A stretch of DNA of 64,000 nucleotides from Myxococcota bacterium (GTDB lineage: Bacteria > Myxococcota > XYA12-FULL-58-9 > JALHOP01): the NCBI GenBank assembly GCA_041288095.1, contig JBGGMJ010000212.1:1-64000 (forward strand), in the 5' to 3' direction. Within the stretch, counting starts at the first letter, position 1. Every line of letters begins with the position of its first letter. Below the pieces are notes generated by a model. It saw nothing but the letters and a program-made list of their open reading frames with translations, searched no databases and was not told the origin of the DNA. A program made the translations under genes and the position numbers. Of the stretch, positions 48,831 through 59,800 are shown one piece after another.

Positions 48831-49700
48831 TCAACGAAGCCGCTCGAGCTTCTCCTTGAACGCGACGCAGGGATCCGGTCGCGGGACCGGCGCCGTCGTC
48901 CAGACGACGTCGTAGCCCGCGGTCATCGCGCCATCCTCGACGAAGCCAATCGAGAGGACCTGGTCCGGCGACACGCCCGGCGCATGAGCGGCATGGAACG
49001 CCGCACCGTGAGCGCGGCTCGCATGCTCGCCACCGGCGATGAGCACGGCGCCGTCGCGCGTCGCCGAGGCCAACATGCGCTGCGCGAGATGCGCATCGCG
49101 GAGCTCTTGCGCCGAGGCCATGACCTTCACGGACGCGTCGTCGGCGTAGCCACAGTGGCCCTTGCGCACGTTGTCCTCGATCACGGACCGCCCCGCCGCG
49201 TCGAGCGAGGCGGTGAAGCCGAAGGCAGCGGGCGTCTCGCCCTTCTTGCTCGCGGCCATCAACGCCTCGCGACCGATGTTGCCGCCAACGATGGGCAGAC
49301 GACCGGTCATGGCGATGCGCACCAGCGGCTCGTACATCGCGTAGCTAGGCCAGCCTCGCTGCTCCCAACCGACCGCTTCACCGAAGGTCGCGGGGTCGCG
49401 CTGCTGGAGGATGACGGGCGTCTGATCGACCTCGAGCATCTCGAAGACGAGCGCCGGTCTGCGGCCCGCCGCGACCAGGGCCTGCAAGACCTCGGCCTGC
49501 AAGGCGTGGTGCCGGGGGTTGTCGTGCAGCTCGCCGAGAAAGACGAAGCGCGCCTGGCGCGCTGCCGCGAACACGGACTCCGGCCCCGTGGCTGCTCCGC
49601 GCATCACGATGCTCTCGCCCGGCGGCGCGGCGGCGACCGAAGCTTTCCGCTGTGGCGTACACGCCCCGAGCAGCACCACCAAGAGCGCAAGAGCTCGCAT
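48831..49700 (-). CDS. ChaN-family lipoprotein
   Basis: LLGAC lipobox; FLGELHDNPRHH, LVFEM, QELRD..LA, LIAGGEH; start re-called. Confidence 0.85.
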   Translation of the reverse strand: MRALALLVVLLGACTPQRKASVAAAPPGESIVMRGAATGPESVFAAARQARFVFLGELHDNPRHHALQAEVLQALVAAGRRPALVFEMLEVDQTPVILQQRDPATFGEAVGWEQRGWPSYAMYEPLVRIAMTGRLPIVGGNIGREALMAASKKGETPAAFGFTASLDAAGRSVIEDNVRKGHCGYADDASVKVMASAQELRDAHLAQRMLASATRDGAVLIAGGEHASRAHGAAFHAAHAPGVSPDQVLSIGFVEDGAMTAGYDVVWTTAPVPRPDPCVAFKEKLERLR

Positions 49701-50224
49701 CAGAATGACCACTCGAGACCAATGCCCGAAACGAACGTGTTCATCCCTCCGACGGCGCCGGCGATACGCAGGGTCGCAGCGACGTGTTTGCTCAGGGGCA
49801 AGCCGACGAGCGCGTGTCCCGCTCCGTTCAAGCCACGCCGGGCACCGTCGACATTCTGAGCGACCGTGTAGCCGACACCGAGCCCGCCCTCGAGGATGAC
49901 CGGACCGTGCCAACGATAAACCACCAAGGCGTCGGCGAGACCGCCTCGCCCACCCTTCGACGTGTTGATCATGGCGCCGTCGAGCCGCAGACCAAAGCGG
50001 TGCGTGCGTCCCCACATGATGCCGGTGCCGATGCCGAACGCGACCCCCGAAAATCCCGAGCTGCAGTCATTTTCGACCAGGCGGCCATCCACCGTGAGCA
50101 CGACGGTCTGGCAGGGAATCGTCGTCCCGATGACGCCGTAACCTGCCCCGACGCCGAAGACGAAATGCGCCTGAGGGCCGCGGCCATCGATGTGTCCGGC
50201 CACCGCCAAGCCAGCGATGAGCAA
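49700..50224 (-). CDS. Putative outer-membrane beta-barrel protein
   Basis: Alternating Gly/aromatic strands, C-terminal GLEWSF. Confidence 0.55.
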   Translation of the reverse strand: MLIAGLAVAGHIDGRGPQAHFVFGVGAGYGVIGTTIPCQTVVLTVDGRLVENDCSSGFSGVAFGIGTGIMWGRTHRFGLRLDGAMINTSKGGRGGLADALVVYRWHGPVILEGGLGVGYTVAQNVDGARRGLNGAGHALVGLPLSKHVAATLRIAGAVGGMNTFVSGIGLEWSF

Positions 50225-50454
50225 CGCAGGTGAAACGATGGCAAAACCTCAGGTGTTGGTCTGACACACACCGCCCAGCGCCGCCACCTCGCCACCCGCT
50301 GGAACCGGCGAAGTCTCGAGCATTTAGCCAAGCCCCCTCGCGCCCACCTAAAAAAAGCTGCGAACACACATCGCAAACGTCTCCAAGTCGGTGATAACTT
50401 TCGGGTCCGGTCCCCCGACCCCCCCAAATGGTTATCCCCCAGGAGAGTTTGTCA

Positions 50455-51537
50455 ATGCGGGTAGCAGCCCAAGCTGTCGTAGCAGCAGTGTGTCTAGTCA
50501 TGTCCTCGGCGTGCGGTTTGTTCGCTGGCGCGGTCAGTAACGCCACGGCTCAGGACATCAGCGCCGACTTGTTTCCCCCAGCCGAGCTCGGTGGCGAGCC
50601 GGTTCAGCCGCTGCAGTTCCAAGCACTCGCTTCGGACGGCACGCCGACCTACGGCTTGCCCGACGAGGCCGACACCAGCGCTTGGGGTCCGGTGATCTAC
50701 GCGCACATCCGCGCGCTCGACTCGGGTGATAGCGAAGGCGTCTTCGAAGTTCAGGTGGCGTCCTTCACCCAGGAGACGGCGCAGAACCTGCTCTTCACCG
50801 TCGCCGTCAGCTCGCGCGACGGTCGCGTCTTCGCGATGGAAGGCCAGACCGGCGAGACCAATCCGACGAGCTGCTCGTTCGTCGTCGCCTCGGGCAGCAA
50901 CGGCTCGACCCTCGGCAGCCGCATCACCACCTGTCTCGTCGACTGGGTGCGCGGCAACGGCATTCCGGCGCAGCTCGACTACGACGTCGCGGTCACTACC
51001 ACCAGCCAGCCTGGTCAGCAGGTCTCGGGCCTGCCGTTCGCGCACGAGCACACGGAGACCTTGGTCGCCAAGCGCCAGCTCGAGCAGGAATGCTTCGAGC
51101 GCAACCTGAGCTTGGGGGCCGGCGTCCTCGACAACATCGACTACATCGAGCTCCGGGATCTGAGCGTCGAAGGCAACGCGACGGTGAGCGTCAACGTTCA
51201 GGTGCAGGCTTGGGCGCAAGTGTTGCCGGCCATCCCGCTGACTCCGGGCACCAGCGTCACCATGAACGCCGCGGTTCCCGCGAACACGCCGCGCTCGTAC
51301 CGCTTCGACGGCAAGAACGAGACCGCCAACGACTTCAACGCGCAATTCACGCCGGCGATGGGCGGCTGGATGTACAAGACCCTCGACCTCGCGATCGAAG
51401 GCGCGGTGTTGGCCCGCGAAGGCGCCCCGCACAAGGCGGTGGTCGGCTGTTACACGGTCTACGGCGACGCGCCGCGCACCGGCACCATCACGTTCGTCAT
51501 CAAGGGCGAAGCTGCGTTCACCACCGAGGCTCACTGA
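50455..51537 (+). CDS. Hypothetical lipoprotein
   Basis: AGGAGA RBS; VCLVMSSAC lipobox. Confidence 0.7.
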   Translation: MRVAAQAVVAAVCLVMSSACGLFAGAVSNATAQDISADLFPPAELGGEPVQPLQFQALASDGTPTYGLPDEADTSAWGPVIYAHIRALDSGDSEGVFEVQVASFTQETAQNLLFTVAVSSRDGRVFAMEGQTGETNPTSCSFVVASGSNGSTLGSRITTCLVDWVRGNGIPAQLDYDVAVTTTSQPGQQVSGLPFAHEHTETLVAKRQLEQECFERNLSLGAGVLDNIDYIELRDLSVEGNATVSVNVQVQAWAQVLPAIPLTPGTSVTMNAAVPANTPRSYRFDGKNETANDFNAQFTPAMGGWMYKTLDLAIEGAVLAREGAPHKAVVGCYTVYGDAPRTGTITFVIKGEAAFTTEAH

Positions 51538-51580
51538 GCCTCGTCCGCTAAAAACGACACCATTTCTGGAGATTAACGTG

Positions 51581-52318
51581 ATGCGAATGATTCGTGCGGC
51601 TTTGGCTATTTCGACGATGATGTGGGCGGGAGTCGCCCAAGCTCAGGACACCAGCGACGTGCCGCCGGCCGAGACACCGGCCACCACGTCGTCGGCGACG
51701 GTGGAGACGGCGGAGAGCGCACCGGTGACCCCGGCGGCGGACCCGGCGCCCGCGGAGAGCCAACCCATGAGCACCACCATGACGGTGGAGCAAGCACCGA
51801 TGCCCAGCCGTGGCATCGAGCGCGGCAATTGGTACGTGGGCATCGGTCTCGGCGTCGGTGGCTCGAGCCTCGCCGATGACGCCATCGGCGGCGGTCTCGC
51901 CGGCATGACGAGCTTCCGAGCCGGCGCCATCATCGCCGACCGCTTGCTCGTCGGCGGCCAGATGTCGCTCGCCGGCCAGTTCAACAAGTGGGCGGCGATG
52001 GAGCCGACCGGCTCGGCGCTGTCGTCTGTCATGGCGGAGGGCATGTACTTCCCGATGGCGGACTTGCCGCTCAACGTCGCGGCTGGTTTTGGCTGGGGCT
52101 CGGCCCTCAAGGTCGGCCGCCTCGCCGACAACGGAGACAGCCCTCGGGTCGTCACCCAGAGCGGCAACGGTGTCGCCTGGATGACCGCTGTTGGCTGGGA
52201 CTTCTTCGCGGGCGAAGGGTTCAACCTAGGCCTGCAGGCGCGCTACGACGGCACGCACTCCGGCAACATCGGCGCGAGCCACGCAGGCACCATGAATCTC
52301 TGGTTCAACTTCTACTAG
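51581..52318 (+). CDS. Outer-membrane beta-barrel protein
   Basis: Signal peptide AQA; amphipathic strands; C-terminal LWFNFY. Confidence 0.75.
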   Translation: MRMIRAALAISTMMWAGVAQAQDTSDVPPAETPATTSSATVETAESAPVTPAADPAPAESQPMSTTMTVEQAPMPSRGIERGNWYVGIGLGVGGSSLADDAIGGGLAGMTSFRAGAIIADRLLVGGQMSLAGQFNKWAAMEPTGSALSSVMAEGMYFPMADLPLNVAAGFGWGSALKVGRLADNGDSPRVVTQSGNGVAWMTAVGWDFFAGEGFNLGLQARYDGTHSGNIGASHAGTMNLWFNFY

Positions 52319-52333
52319 AATGTAATGACCGGC

Positions 52334-52364
52334 GCCGCCCGCGACTTTTTGGGTCGCGGGCGGC
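52334..52364. terminator. Perfect 12-bp GC hairpin after the OMP gene (terminator or mRNA stabiliser)
   Basis: GCCGCCCGCGAC-tttttgg-GTCGCGGGCGGC; no clear U-tract. Confidence 0.5.
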
Positions 52365-52409
52365 TCGGACAGCCTCCCTTTCCGCCGCCGGTCTTGTAAA
52401 AAGACCGCC

Positions 52410-53576
52410 ATGACTTCGTCCCCAGTTCGGCTCGATACCGTCGAGCGGCTGGCCGTCCATGCACCTCCCACAGCGCGCGCCCACTTGCCGGCTCTCACAG
52501 CGGCGCGCTTCATCGCCGCGTTCCAGGTGCTGCTCTTCCACTGCACCAACTGGTCGACGTGGTTGCCTTCGCCGGTGCGAACGTTCGCCTCGACCGGCTA
52601 CATCGCCGTCGCCTTCTTCTTCATCCTCTCCGGTTTCATCCTGACCTACACCTACTGGTCACCGATGCGCGCCGGCCTGCGCCTCGGGGTGTTCTACAAG
52701 GCGCGCTTCGCCCGCATCTACCCGATGTACATGGCCGCCCTGCTGCTGGCGTTGCCGTTTTACGCGAAAGCGGTCATGCACGGGCACGGTGGCGCGGCGC
52801 GCGGCATCCGCGACGCGTTGCTCACCGTGAGTCTCCTACAGGCACACGTACCGAGCGCGGCGCTCACCTGGAATCCGCCGGCGTGGTCCTTGTCGACGGA
52901 AGCGTTCTTCTATTTCTGCTTCCCGTTCGTCTTGCCGGTGCTGCTGCGCGGCTCGATGCTGCGCGCCTGGCTCACCGCTGTCGTCGCGGTCATCGTCGCG
53001 GTGGCCCTGCCGATAGCGTACCTCGCGATCAATCCCGACGGCATCGGCAGCCCCGATTTCGAGGCGAGCGCGACCTGGCTCAACCTGCTGCGCTATCACC
53101 CGCTCGCGCGTTTCGCCGAGTTCCTCTTGGGCATGTGCGTGGCTCGCGCCTATCTCGACCAACCATCGCTGCGCACACCACGCGCGGCCATGCTGCTGAC
53201 GGCAACCTCACTCGCGACGCTGGCTGGGCTGCTCGCTTTCGCGGACCATATTCCCTACGTACTCTTGCACAACGGACTACTCGCGCCGGCGTTCGCCGCC
53301 CTGGTGCTCGGGCTCGCGACGACCACCGCCATCTCGAAGCCTTTACAACGTCGTTGGCTCGTCACGCTCGGCGAGGCCAGCTACGGGCTATACATCCTGC
53401 ACATCCCGCTCTTCATGGCCGCGGGCGCGGTGGCTCGCAAGATCACCGAAGACGGCGACAAGAGCGGCTGGTTCACGCTGGCATTCATCGCCTTCGCGAT
53501 AGCGATCTCGGCCGTCGCCTACCGCATGGTCGAAGTGCCGGCGCGCCGCTTTCTGCTCAAGCGTTCCGTCAGGTAG
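52410..53576 (+). CDS. Acyltransferase family 3 (OafA-like) membrane protein
   Basis: RFIAA..VLLFH, FFFILSGF, RFARIYP, WSLSTEAFFY, GEASYGLYILH. Confidence 0.92.
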   Translation: MTSSPVRLDTVERLAVHAPPTARAHLPALTAARFIAAFQVLLFHCTNWSTWLPSPVRTFASTGYIAVAFFFILSGFILTYTYWSPMRAGLRLGVFYKARFARIYPMYMAALLLALPFYAKAVMHGHGGAARGIRDALLTVSLLQAHVPSAALTWNPPAWSLSTEAFFYFCFPFVLPVLLRGSMLRAWLTAVVAVIVAVALPIAYLAINPDGIGSPDFEASATWLNLLRYHPLARFAEFLLGMCVARAYLDQPSLRTPRAAMLLTATSLATLAGLLAFADHIPYVLLHNGLLAPAFAALVLGLATTTAISKPLQRRWLVTLGEASYGLYILHIPLFMAAGAVARKITEDGDKSGWFTLAFIAFAIAISAVAYRMVEVPARRFLLKRSVR

Positions 53577-55209
53577 GCTGGGCGTCGCGCTCGCGAACGC
53601 GCACCCGATGCACGGCGTCTGCTAGTGCTCGTGCGTCTTCCTCGCGGATCCGCGCGGCGAAAACGGCGCGCAGACGAACGACGCTGATGGCGTTGTAGCC
53701 GCCCTGGCCGTTGCTCAAATACGTGCGCAAGACCGCCAGTTGCTCGTCACGCGTAAGCTCGGAGAGGCGACGTAGCCTGCCGTCGGCGCTCAAGAGGGCT
53801 TGGTAGGCGGCCGGGTGCTGCTCGCGCAGGTCGTGAGTAAGGAAGAGCTCATCGGCCGCGACCGCATAGCCTATGCGCTCGAACAGACGGTCCCCGGCGT
53901 AAGCACCGTCGCCGAGTATCGCACGCACCTGCTCGGTCATGTACCCCAGCGCGAGGCGAGGGTTGACCATCTGGTCCAAGGCGATGGCGCTCGCCGAAAA
54001 AGGCTGCGATTGCGTCGTGAGGTCCAGCATCGCGAAGCGCCAAGAAGGCGAATAGCGCTGCACCGCGAGCACGGACTCCAGAGCCAGCTCGCCTTCGCGG
54101 ACATTGCGGCGCTGTCCCAGGGAAGCCGCATAGAAGCCGCTCTGGGTCCGAACGATGTCACGGAAGTGCGCGTAGGCGACGTGTTGATAGACCTCGATCG
54201 GATAATCACCGGCGGCGCGCTCACGTAGGAAGCGAGCGTGCGTCGCGGGCGCCGATGCGACCTGCGCGAGTAACCGATCATAGGCGGTGTCCAGGTCGGC
54301 GCGGTGCGCTTCGCGCAGGCCACGCAGCTGAATCGCGTCGGTGTTTGTGAGCGGATTGACGCGGCCTTCCGTGCCTGGCCGAACACCGAACTTCCAGGTC
54401 TCGGCGAACCGCAGCACCCGCTGGCGCAGGAAGACATCGTCGATGACGACGCCATCGGGCCCCATCGCGAAGTGGCCAGGGAACTCACGCTGGAAGAATC
54501 CCGCGTAGTAGCTGTCGACGCCGTTCATCACCGGCGTCGTGTAGATCCAGCGAACGTCGCGCGGCGGCAGATTGAAGAACGACACGCGGTCGCTCTCACT
54601 TTGCTCGCGGGCGGTGGCTTGCAGATCGAACGTGTGGGGCGAGTTCGGGAAGATGATTGGCCGCACTGTCATGCCGTGGCGCGTTCGCAGGTCGCCCAAG
54701 AACTGGGCGTCCGAGAGAGCCGCCGCTAAAGCGTACACACCCGCCTCATCGGTAACGCGCTCCGGGACCGGAGTCGCCGCGCTGCCGTTGCCGAAGTGGT
54801 GGCGAAACGCGTCCAGCCTCTCCTGCAGCGCCGGGTAGTAGGCGCCCTGCTCGTAGGGCCGCGAGACGTAGTGGTCGTAGACCATGAAAACGAGGTCGCG
54901 ATAGGCGCGCAGCGGCGAGCCGCGCTCGTTCATACGGGCGTTGTCAGCGGCCCAGGGGCGGTAGTCCAGCAGATAGGCCGGGCTGCGCAGGAGCTCGGGA
55001 TCCATGCTCAGCGCCGGGGCGCTCTCGCCCGGGCCCCCCGGCACGGCAAGCTCGAGCTGCGGGTTCGGCACCCCCTGCACTCTGAGGATGTGCGGTCTCG
55101 AGCTCATGCCGGTGCGAGGTGCAAGGACGGGTGCCGAGCGCGCTGGCGCGGCATATTCAGGCGCGACAGGGGCGGCGCGGCCAACGGCTTCGATTGCAGG
55201 AACTGTCAT
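53569..55209 (-). CDS. Hypothetical soluble protein with Ala/Pro-rich N-terminal extension
   Basis: Long ORF with plausible composition; start re-called at MTVPAIEAVG. Confidence 0.7.
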   Translation of the reverse strand: MTVPAIEAVGRAAPVAPEYAAPARSAPVLAPRTGMSSRPHILRVQGVPNPQLELAVPGGPGESAPALSMDPELLRSPAYLLDYRPWAADNARMNERGSPLRAYRDLVFMVYDHYVSRPYEQGAYYPALQERLDAFRHHFGNGSAATPVPERVTDEAGVYALAAALSDAQFLGDLRTRHGMTVRPIIFPNSPHTFDLQATAREQSESDRVSFFNLPPRDVRWIYTTPVMNGVDSYYAGFFQREFPGHFAMGPDGVVIDDVFLRQRVLRFAETWKFGVRPGTEGRVNPLTNTDAIQLRGLREAHRADLDTAYDRLLAQVASAPATHARFLRERAAGDYPIEVYQHVAYAHFRDIVRTQSGFYAASLGQRRNVREGELALESVLAVQRYSPSWRFAMLDLTTQSQPFSASAIALDQMVNPRLALGYMTEQVRAILGDGAYAGDRLFERIGYAVAADELFLTHDLREQHPAAYQALLSADGRLRRLSELTRDEQLAVLRTYLSNGQGGYNAISVVRLRAVFAARIREEDARALADAVHRVRVRERDAQPT

Positions 55210-55256
55210 GAAACGTAGCCCTCGCCCTTTTCCTCGTTGGAGGCTCTTCGCTTCCA

Positions 55257-55283
55257 TCATCGGCCATCCGTGGCCCGGGTTGC
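55257..55283 (-). promoter_or_regulatory. sigma28-like promoter GCAAC-N14-GCCGATGA
   Basis: 47 nt before ATG 55209. Confidence 0.75.
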
Positions 55284-55308
55284 GGGAAACGTCGCGCGGC
55301 CCTAGCTA

Positions 55309-56448
55309 ATGGCCATGGACCGAGCTCCCCGACTCATCGCCCTTACGGCTCTCGCAACAGTAACGCTCTTGTCAGCGCATCTCGACGCGGCCGCTCAGCG
55401 CACCATCAAGACGAAAGACGGCCCCATCCACGCCACCCGCGTTGCCGGAGGGCTCGCCCACCCATGGGGCATCGCTTTCCTTCCGGACGGTCGGATGCTG
55501 GTCACCGAACGCCCGGGTCGCCTACGCCTCATCGATGGAAACGGCGCCGTGAGTCCGCCTTTGCGCGGCACTCCCAACGTGGTGGTCACGGATCAGGGCG
55601 GCCTGCTCGACGTCGCGCTGAGCCCGTCCTTCAAAGCGGACCGCTTCGTGTACCTGACGTATGCCGAGCCCGGCGAAGGCGGCGCTTCGACCGCGGTGGC
55701 CCGCGGCACTCTGTCCGCCAAAGAAAACTCCATCGAGGGTCTCGCGGTCATCTTCCGTCAGACACCTAAGGTCGAGGGCCCGAACCATTGGGGCTCGCGC
55801 ATGGTCTTCGCGAAGGACGGCAAGCTCTTCGTCACCTTGGGTGAGCGCTTCAAGTTCGACCCCGCGCAAGACACACGGACGACCTTCGGCGCCATCGTGC
55901 GCATCGCCGCGGACGGTAGCGCTCCCATAGACAACCCCTTCTTCGGTAAGAAGGACACACGCCCGGAGATCTGGAGCCACGGGCATCGCAACGTCCAAGG
56001 GGCGGCGATTCACCCCACGACCGGCGTCCTTTGGGCCCACGAGTTCGGTCCGCGCGGTGGTGACGAGCTCAACATCATCAAAGCCGGCAAGAACTACGGC
56101 TGGCCACTCGTCAGTTGGGGAAAACACTATGACCTCCGCGACATCCCCGATCCGCCGACCCGCCCCGACCTCGAACCGCCCGTGAAGTACTGGGACCCGG
56201 TCATCTCGCCATCCGGGATGACCTTCTACACCGGCGATCTCTTTCCGAAATGGCGCGGCAATCTCCTCATTGGCGGCTTGTCCGCCGAAGCGGTGGTGCG
56301 CCTCGGCCTCGACGGCGACAAGGTCGTCGCCGAGGAGCGCATCGGCATGGGCGAGCGCGTCAGAGCGGTCGCGCAGGCTCCGGACGGGTCCATCGTCGTC
56401 CTCACCGACGATGACGACGACGGCGCAGTCATTCGTCTCACCCCGTAG
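55309..56448 (+). CDS. PQQ-dependent aldose sugar dehydrogenase (YliI-like) with Sec signal peptide
   Basis: Signal ending AAA; LVTERPGRL, QGGLLDV, HWGSR, GHRNVQG. Confidence 0.92.
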   Translation: MAMDRAPRLIALTALATVTLLSAHLDAAAQRTIKTKDGPIHATRVAGGLAHPWGIAFLPDGRMLVTERPGRLRLIDGNGAVSPPLRGTPNVVVTDQGGLLDVALSPSFKADRFVYLTYAEPGEGGASTAVARGTLSAKENSIEGLAVIFRQTPKVEGPNHWGSRMVFAKDGKLFVTLGERFKFDPAQDTRTTFGAIVRIAADGSAPIDNPFFGKKDTRPEIWSHGHRNVQGAAIHPTTGVLWAHEFGPRGGDELNIIKAGKNYGWPLVSWGKHYDLRDIPDPPTRPDLEPPVKYWDPVISPSGMTFYTGDLFPKWRGNLLIGGLSAEAVVRLGLDGDKVVAEERIGMGERVRAVAQAPDGSIVVLTDDDDDGAVIRLTP

Positions 56449-56517
56449 CCGCCGCTCATTCCGCAGTTGCGTCCGCAGCGCCGGAGTGTAACCCTCCCAA
56501 CAACGAGGAGGGGTCCC

Positions 56518-56829
56518 ATGGCTATCGTCGAACGCCGTGACACCGACGAGATGGTCGGTCACATCATGCAGCAGGAAGCGCAGCGTAAACTGTGGTTCAT
56601 GCTGACGCTCGTTGGCTTCATCGTGACGACCGTCATCCTCTTCATGACCGCCGCGCCCGGTGGCGCCGACCTCGTCTTTTCCCTCGTCCTGAACGGCGGC
56701 TTCGCCGTTGCCATGATCCTCTTCTATCGATCGCGCGTACGCGGCAAGGACCGCATCGGGATGGTCATGCCGACGATGCTCGCGGTGCTGAGCACCGTCC
56801 TCGTCTGGGTTCTATCGCGCAAGTTCTAG
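56518..56829 (+). CDS. Small three-TM membrane protein
   Basis: GAGGAGG RBS; three hydrophobic helices. Confidence 0.7.
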   Translation: MAIVERRDTDEMVGHIMQQEAQRKLWFMLTLVGFIVTTVILFMTAAPGGADLVFSLVLNGGFAVAMILFYRSRVRGKDRIGMVMPTMLAVLSTVLVWVLSRKF

Positions 56830-59800
56830 CTACGGCGCGATGTAGAAGGCTTGCACGACGCCGAGCGTGTCGAGCGCCACGTCGACGAAGCCCGGCCGCG
56901 TGACGAAGCGCGGTCCGGTGCCAGTCGCGAGGTCCCCGTCCGCGTCAGCGGGCACCGTCTCCCAGGTCGTGATCGGCCGAATGACCGGCCGGCCGTTGCG
57001 CAGCGGCAGCACCTCGTCACCGCGCGCGTCCTGGAAAAGCGGATCGTCCGGCCAGTCGCTGGCGCGGACCCAATCCGTGGCACGGACGTAGACGACGACG
57101 GGGCGAGCGCCCCCGCCGGTGATCGGCACCGCCGACAAGGCAGGCATGACCGGCATGGTCACGACGACACCGCGCGGCGTCGCCGGATCGTCGAGCGACA
57201 AGCCACGGGCCACCGGGGTGCCGAGCTTGTGAACGATCCGGTAACGGACATCGTCCTGCGTGTCGGCGCCCAAGGCCACGTCGCCCGAGAACGCGATGGC
57301 TCGCGATAGCGGACGGAGCTTCGCGTTCGTGGCCTGCGGCAATAGCGAAGCTCGCGCCTCGCTCATGAAGTCGCGCTGCTCGCCGGGCTGCCTGGGCTCG
57401 AGGTCGCCGTAGAAGCGGGTCATCAAGCGCTGGACCTTGGGCGTGCCGAAACGGTCGGCGGCGAAGTCGGCGCCGGGCCCCAAGACGTTGCCGGGCGGCA
57501 GCGCGCGCGACCACGCGCCGAACGAGCTGATGCGATTGCCCAGAGCGACGCCCACCGTCTCCTGGAGCTCACTCGCGATGAACAGGTCGTTCACACCGTC
57601 GCGGTTCGAGTCGGCGAGACGAATCATGCGCCCTTCGCTCAGCGTGCCGACGTCACCCCAAGCCGAAAAGAACCCGGTTGCCTTGCCCTGGTCGGCAAGT
57701 CCGCTCGCCACCCAAACCCGGCGCGCGGCACCGGCACCAACCAGCGCGACGATATCGGAGATGCCGTCGTGATTGACGTCGGCGGCATGAATCGAGTTGG
57801 GCTGTCCGCCCCCGAGGACCGGTGACGTGCCCGGTATCGCCGAGAGCGCGCACGGCCCGAAGGTGATCCCGTACGTACGAATCTGGGTGTTGCCGCCGGC
57901 GGAGAGACCGAACGCCAGGTCCTGGAGGCCGTCGTCGTTGAAGTCCGCGACCGCTATGGCGGTGTGGACGGCGTTGACCACCAAGGGCGCGGCGCAGGCT
58001 CGCGAGAAAGTCCCGGTCGGCGCGCCGCCGCTCACGTTGGCTGTCAGAATCTCGATGTTGCTGTTGGCGCCGTTGTTGGCCGTCACCACCAGGTCGAGCA
58101 CACCGTCGTTGTTGATGTCCGCGGGCACGACTGCCATGAGCGACGCCAGGCCGGTGGTGATTGTCTCGTCGGCGTAGGAGCCCTGCCAGACGCCCCCGAC
58201 GATCACGGGATGATGGATACGGACATCGGGACCGCTGATCTCGATGAGCTCCGCCGGCCCGTCGCGGTTCAAGTCGAACGCATCCATGCGGAAGCTGAAC
58301 AAGAAGTCGACCGCGGCGCTCGTGAGCACGGCGCGCGGCTGCAACCCGAAGGTTCCGGCACCTTGGCCGAGCTCGCCGAGCAGCACCCACTCGCGCTGCT
58401 GCAGGTCACCGTCATGCGTCACCCCGTCGAGGAGACCGTCGCCATTCAAGTCGGCGATGAAGGGGGCGCGCAGCCCTCCTGAAATGTTCGCGTCGAAGAA
58501 ACCGACGCCGGCTAGGCGCAAGCCGCCCGTCGCGTGCGTGAGGTCGGCGGTCGCCTGGAACACGAACGCGGCGTCGCTCTGCCTGTCGAGCCAAAGCGCG
58601 TCGAGCAAGCCGTCGCTGTCGACATCGGCGACCTCGAAGGCGTTGACGATGGCGCTGCCCGAAACCGTGTTGGGCGTGCCGAAAGCTCCGCTCCCCGCCG
58701 CTGGTGCCGGCTGCGGCGACAGATAGAGCACGTCGTCGCAGCCGCGACGCGCCACTACGATCTCGGAGCGTCCGTCCCCGGTCACATCCGCTGTTGCGTG
58801 CGACAACGGCGACGTGGTGAGGCAGCTGCTCACATCGATGGTCGATAGACGCTGCATTACCGGCGACGCGCCCGGAATCAATCGATCGATGCCGAGCACC
58901 TCCTGGTCGGTGGACGTCACGAGGTCTTGACGCCCGTCGCCGTTGACGTCGCCAAAGCGGACGGTACGCGGACGGCCTTCGATGGCGGTGCCATTCACGC
59001 GCGCGAAGTCGCGCGTCGAGCTTCCCAAGAGCAGACCCGTGCGGCCGTTCTGCGCGAGCTCTGTCGCAGTGGCACCAAGGTCCGCGAAAGCATCCCCGTT
59101 GGCGTTGCCGCTGGCGAGCACCACGCCCTCTTCCTGGTCCACGACGGCATCGTCATCGACGGTGTAACGCAAGGCCGTGACCTGCACCGGCGTGCCGAGT
59201 CGTGGTCCTCCCGCGACCGAGGCTTGTCCGAACCAGACCATGATCGGCGCGAGCAGAGTCGGCGCCGCCGATGCCGTTGCGAGATCCGCGAAGCCGTCGC
59301 CGTCGAAGTCGCCGGCGGCGAGCTCGAAGATGTCGGTGGGCAGCCCGTAGGCGTTGGTGTCGAGCGTGAACGCTCCGGCGCCGTTGCCCAGGTAGAGACG
59401 CACCTCCTCGAAGTCGTTGATGACGAAGTCGATGTCGCCGTCGCCGTCGAAGTCGCCGGCGGTGATGTCTCTGTCCGGCGACGCGGGGCTGGTGACGTTG
59501 GTCCCCGCGAGGAGCGTCGAGGCCGGGGTGACGGCGCCGGGCACGCCGCGAAACGGACGAACCGTGGTACCGTCGACGCGGATCAAGAGGTCATCGGCTC
59601 CGTCGGCGTTGAAGCGCGTGACCGCCATCCTCGGCCTGTCGTTCGCAACGGCGATGACACCAAACCCGCCCAGCCCGGTCGACGAACCGAGCCGAAGCAC
59701 CAGTTGCGTGCCGTTGAAGTAGGCGGCGTCCGCGAACCCGTCGGCGTTGAAGTCGCCCATCGCGACGGGGTCGATGACGCCCGCGAGCCCCTGGATGTCC

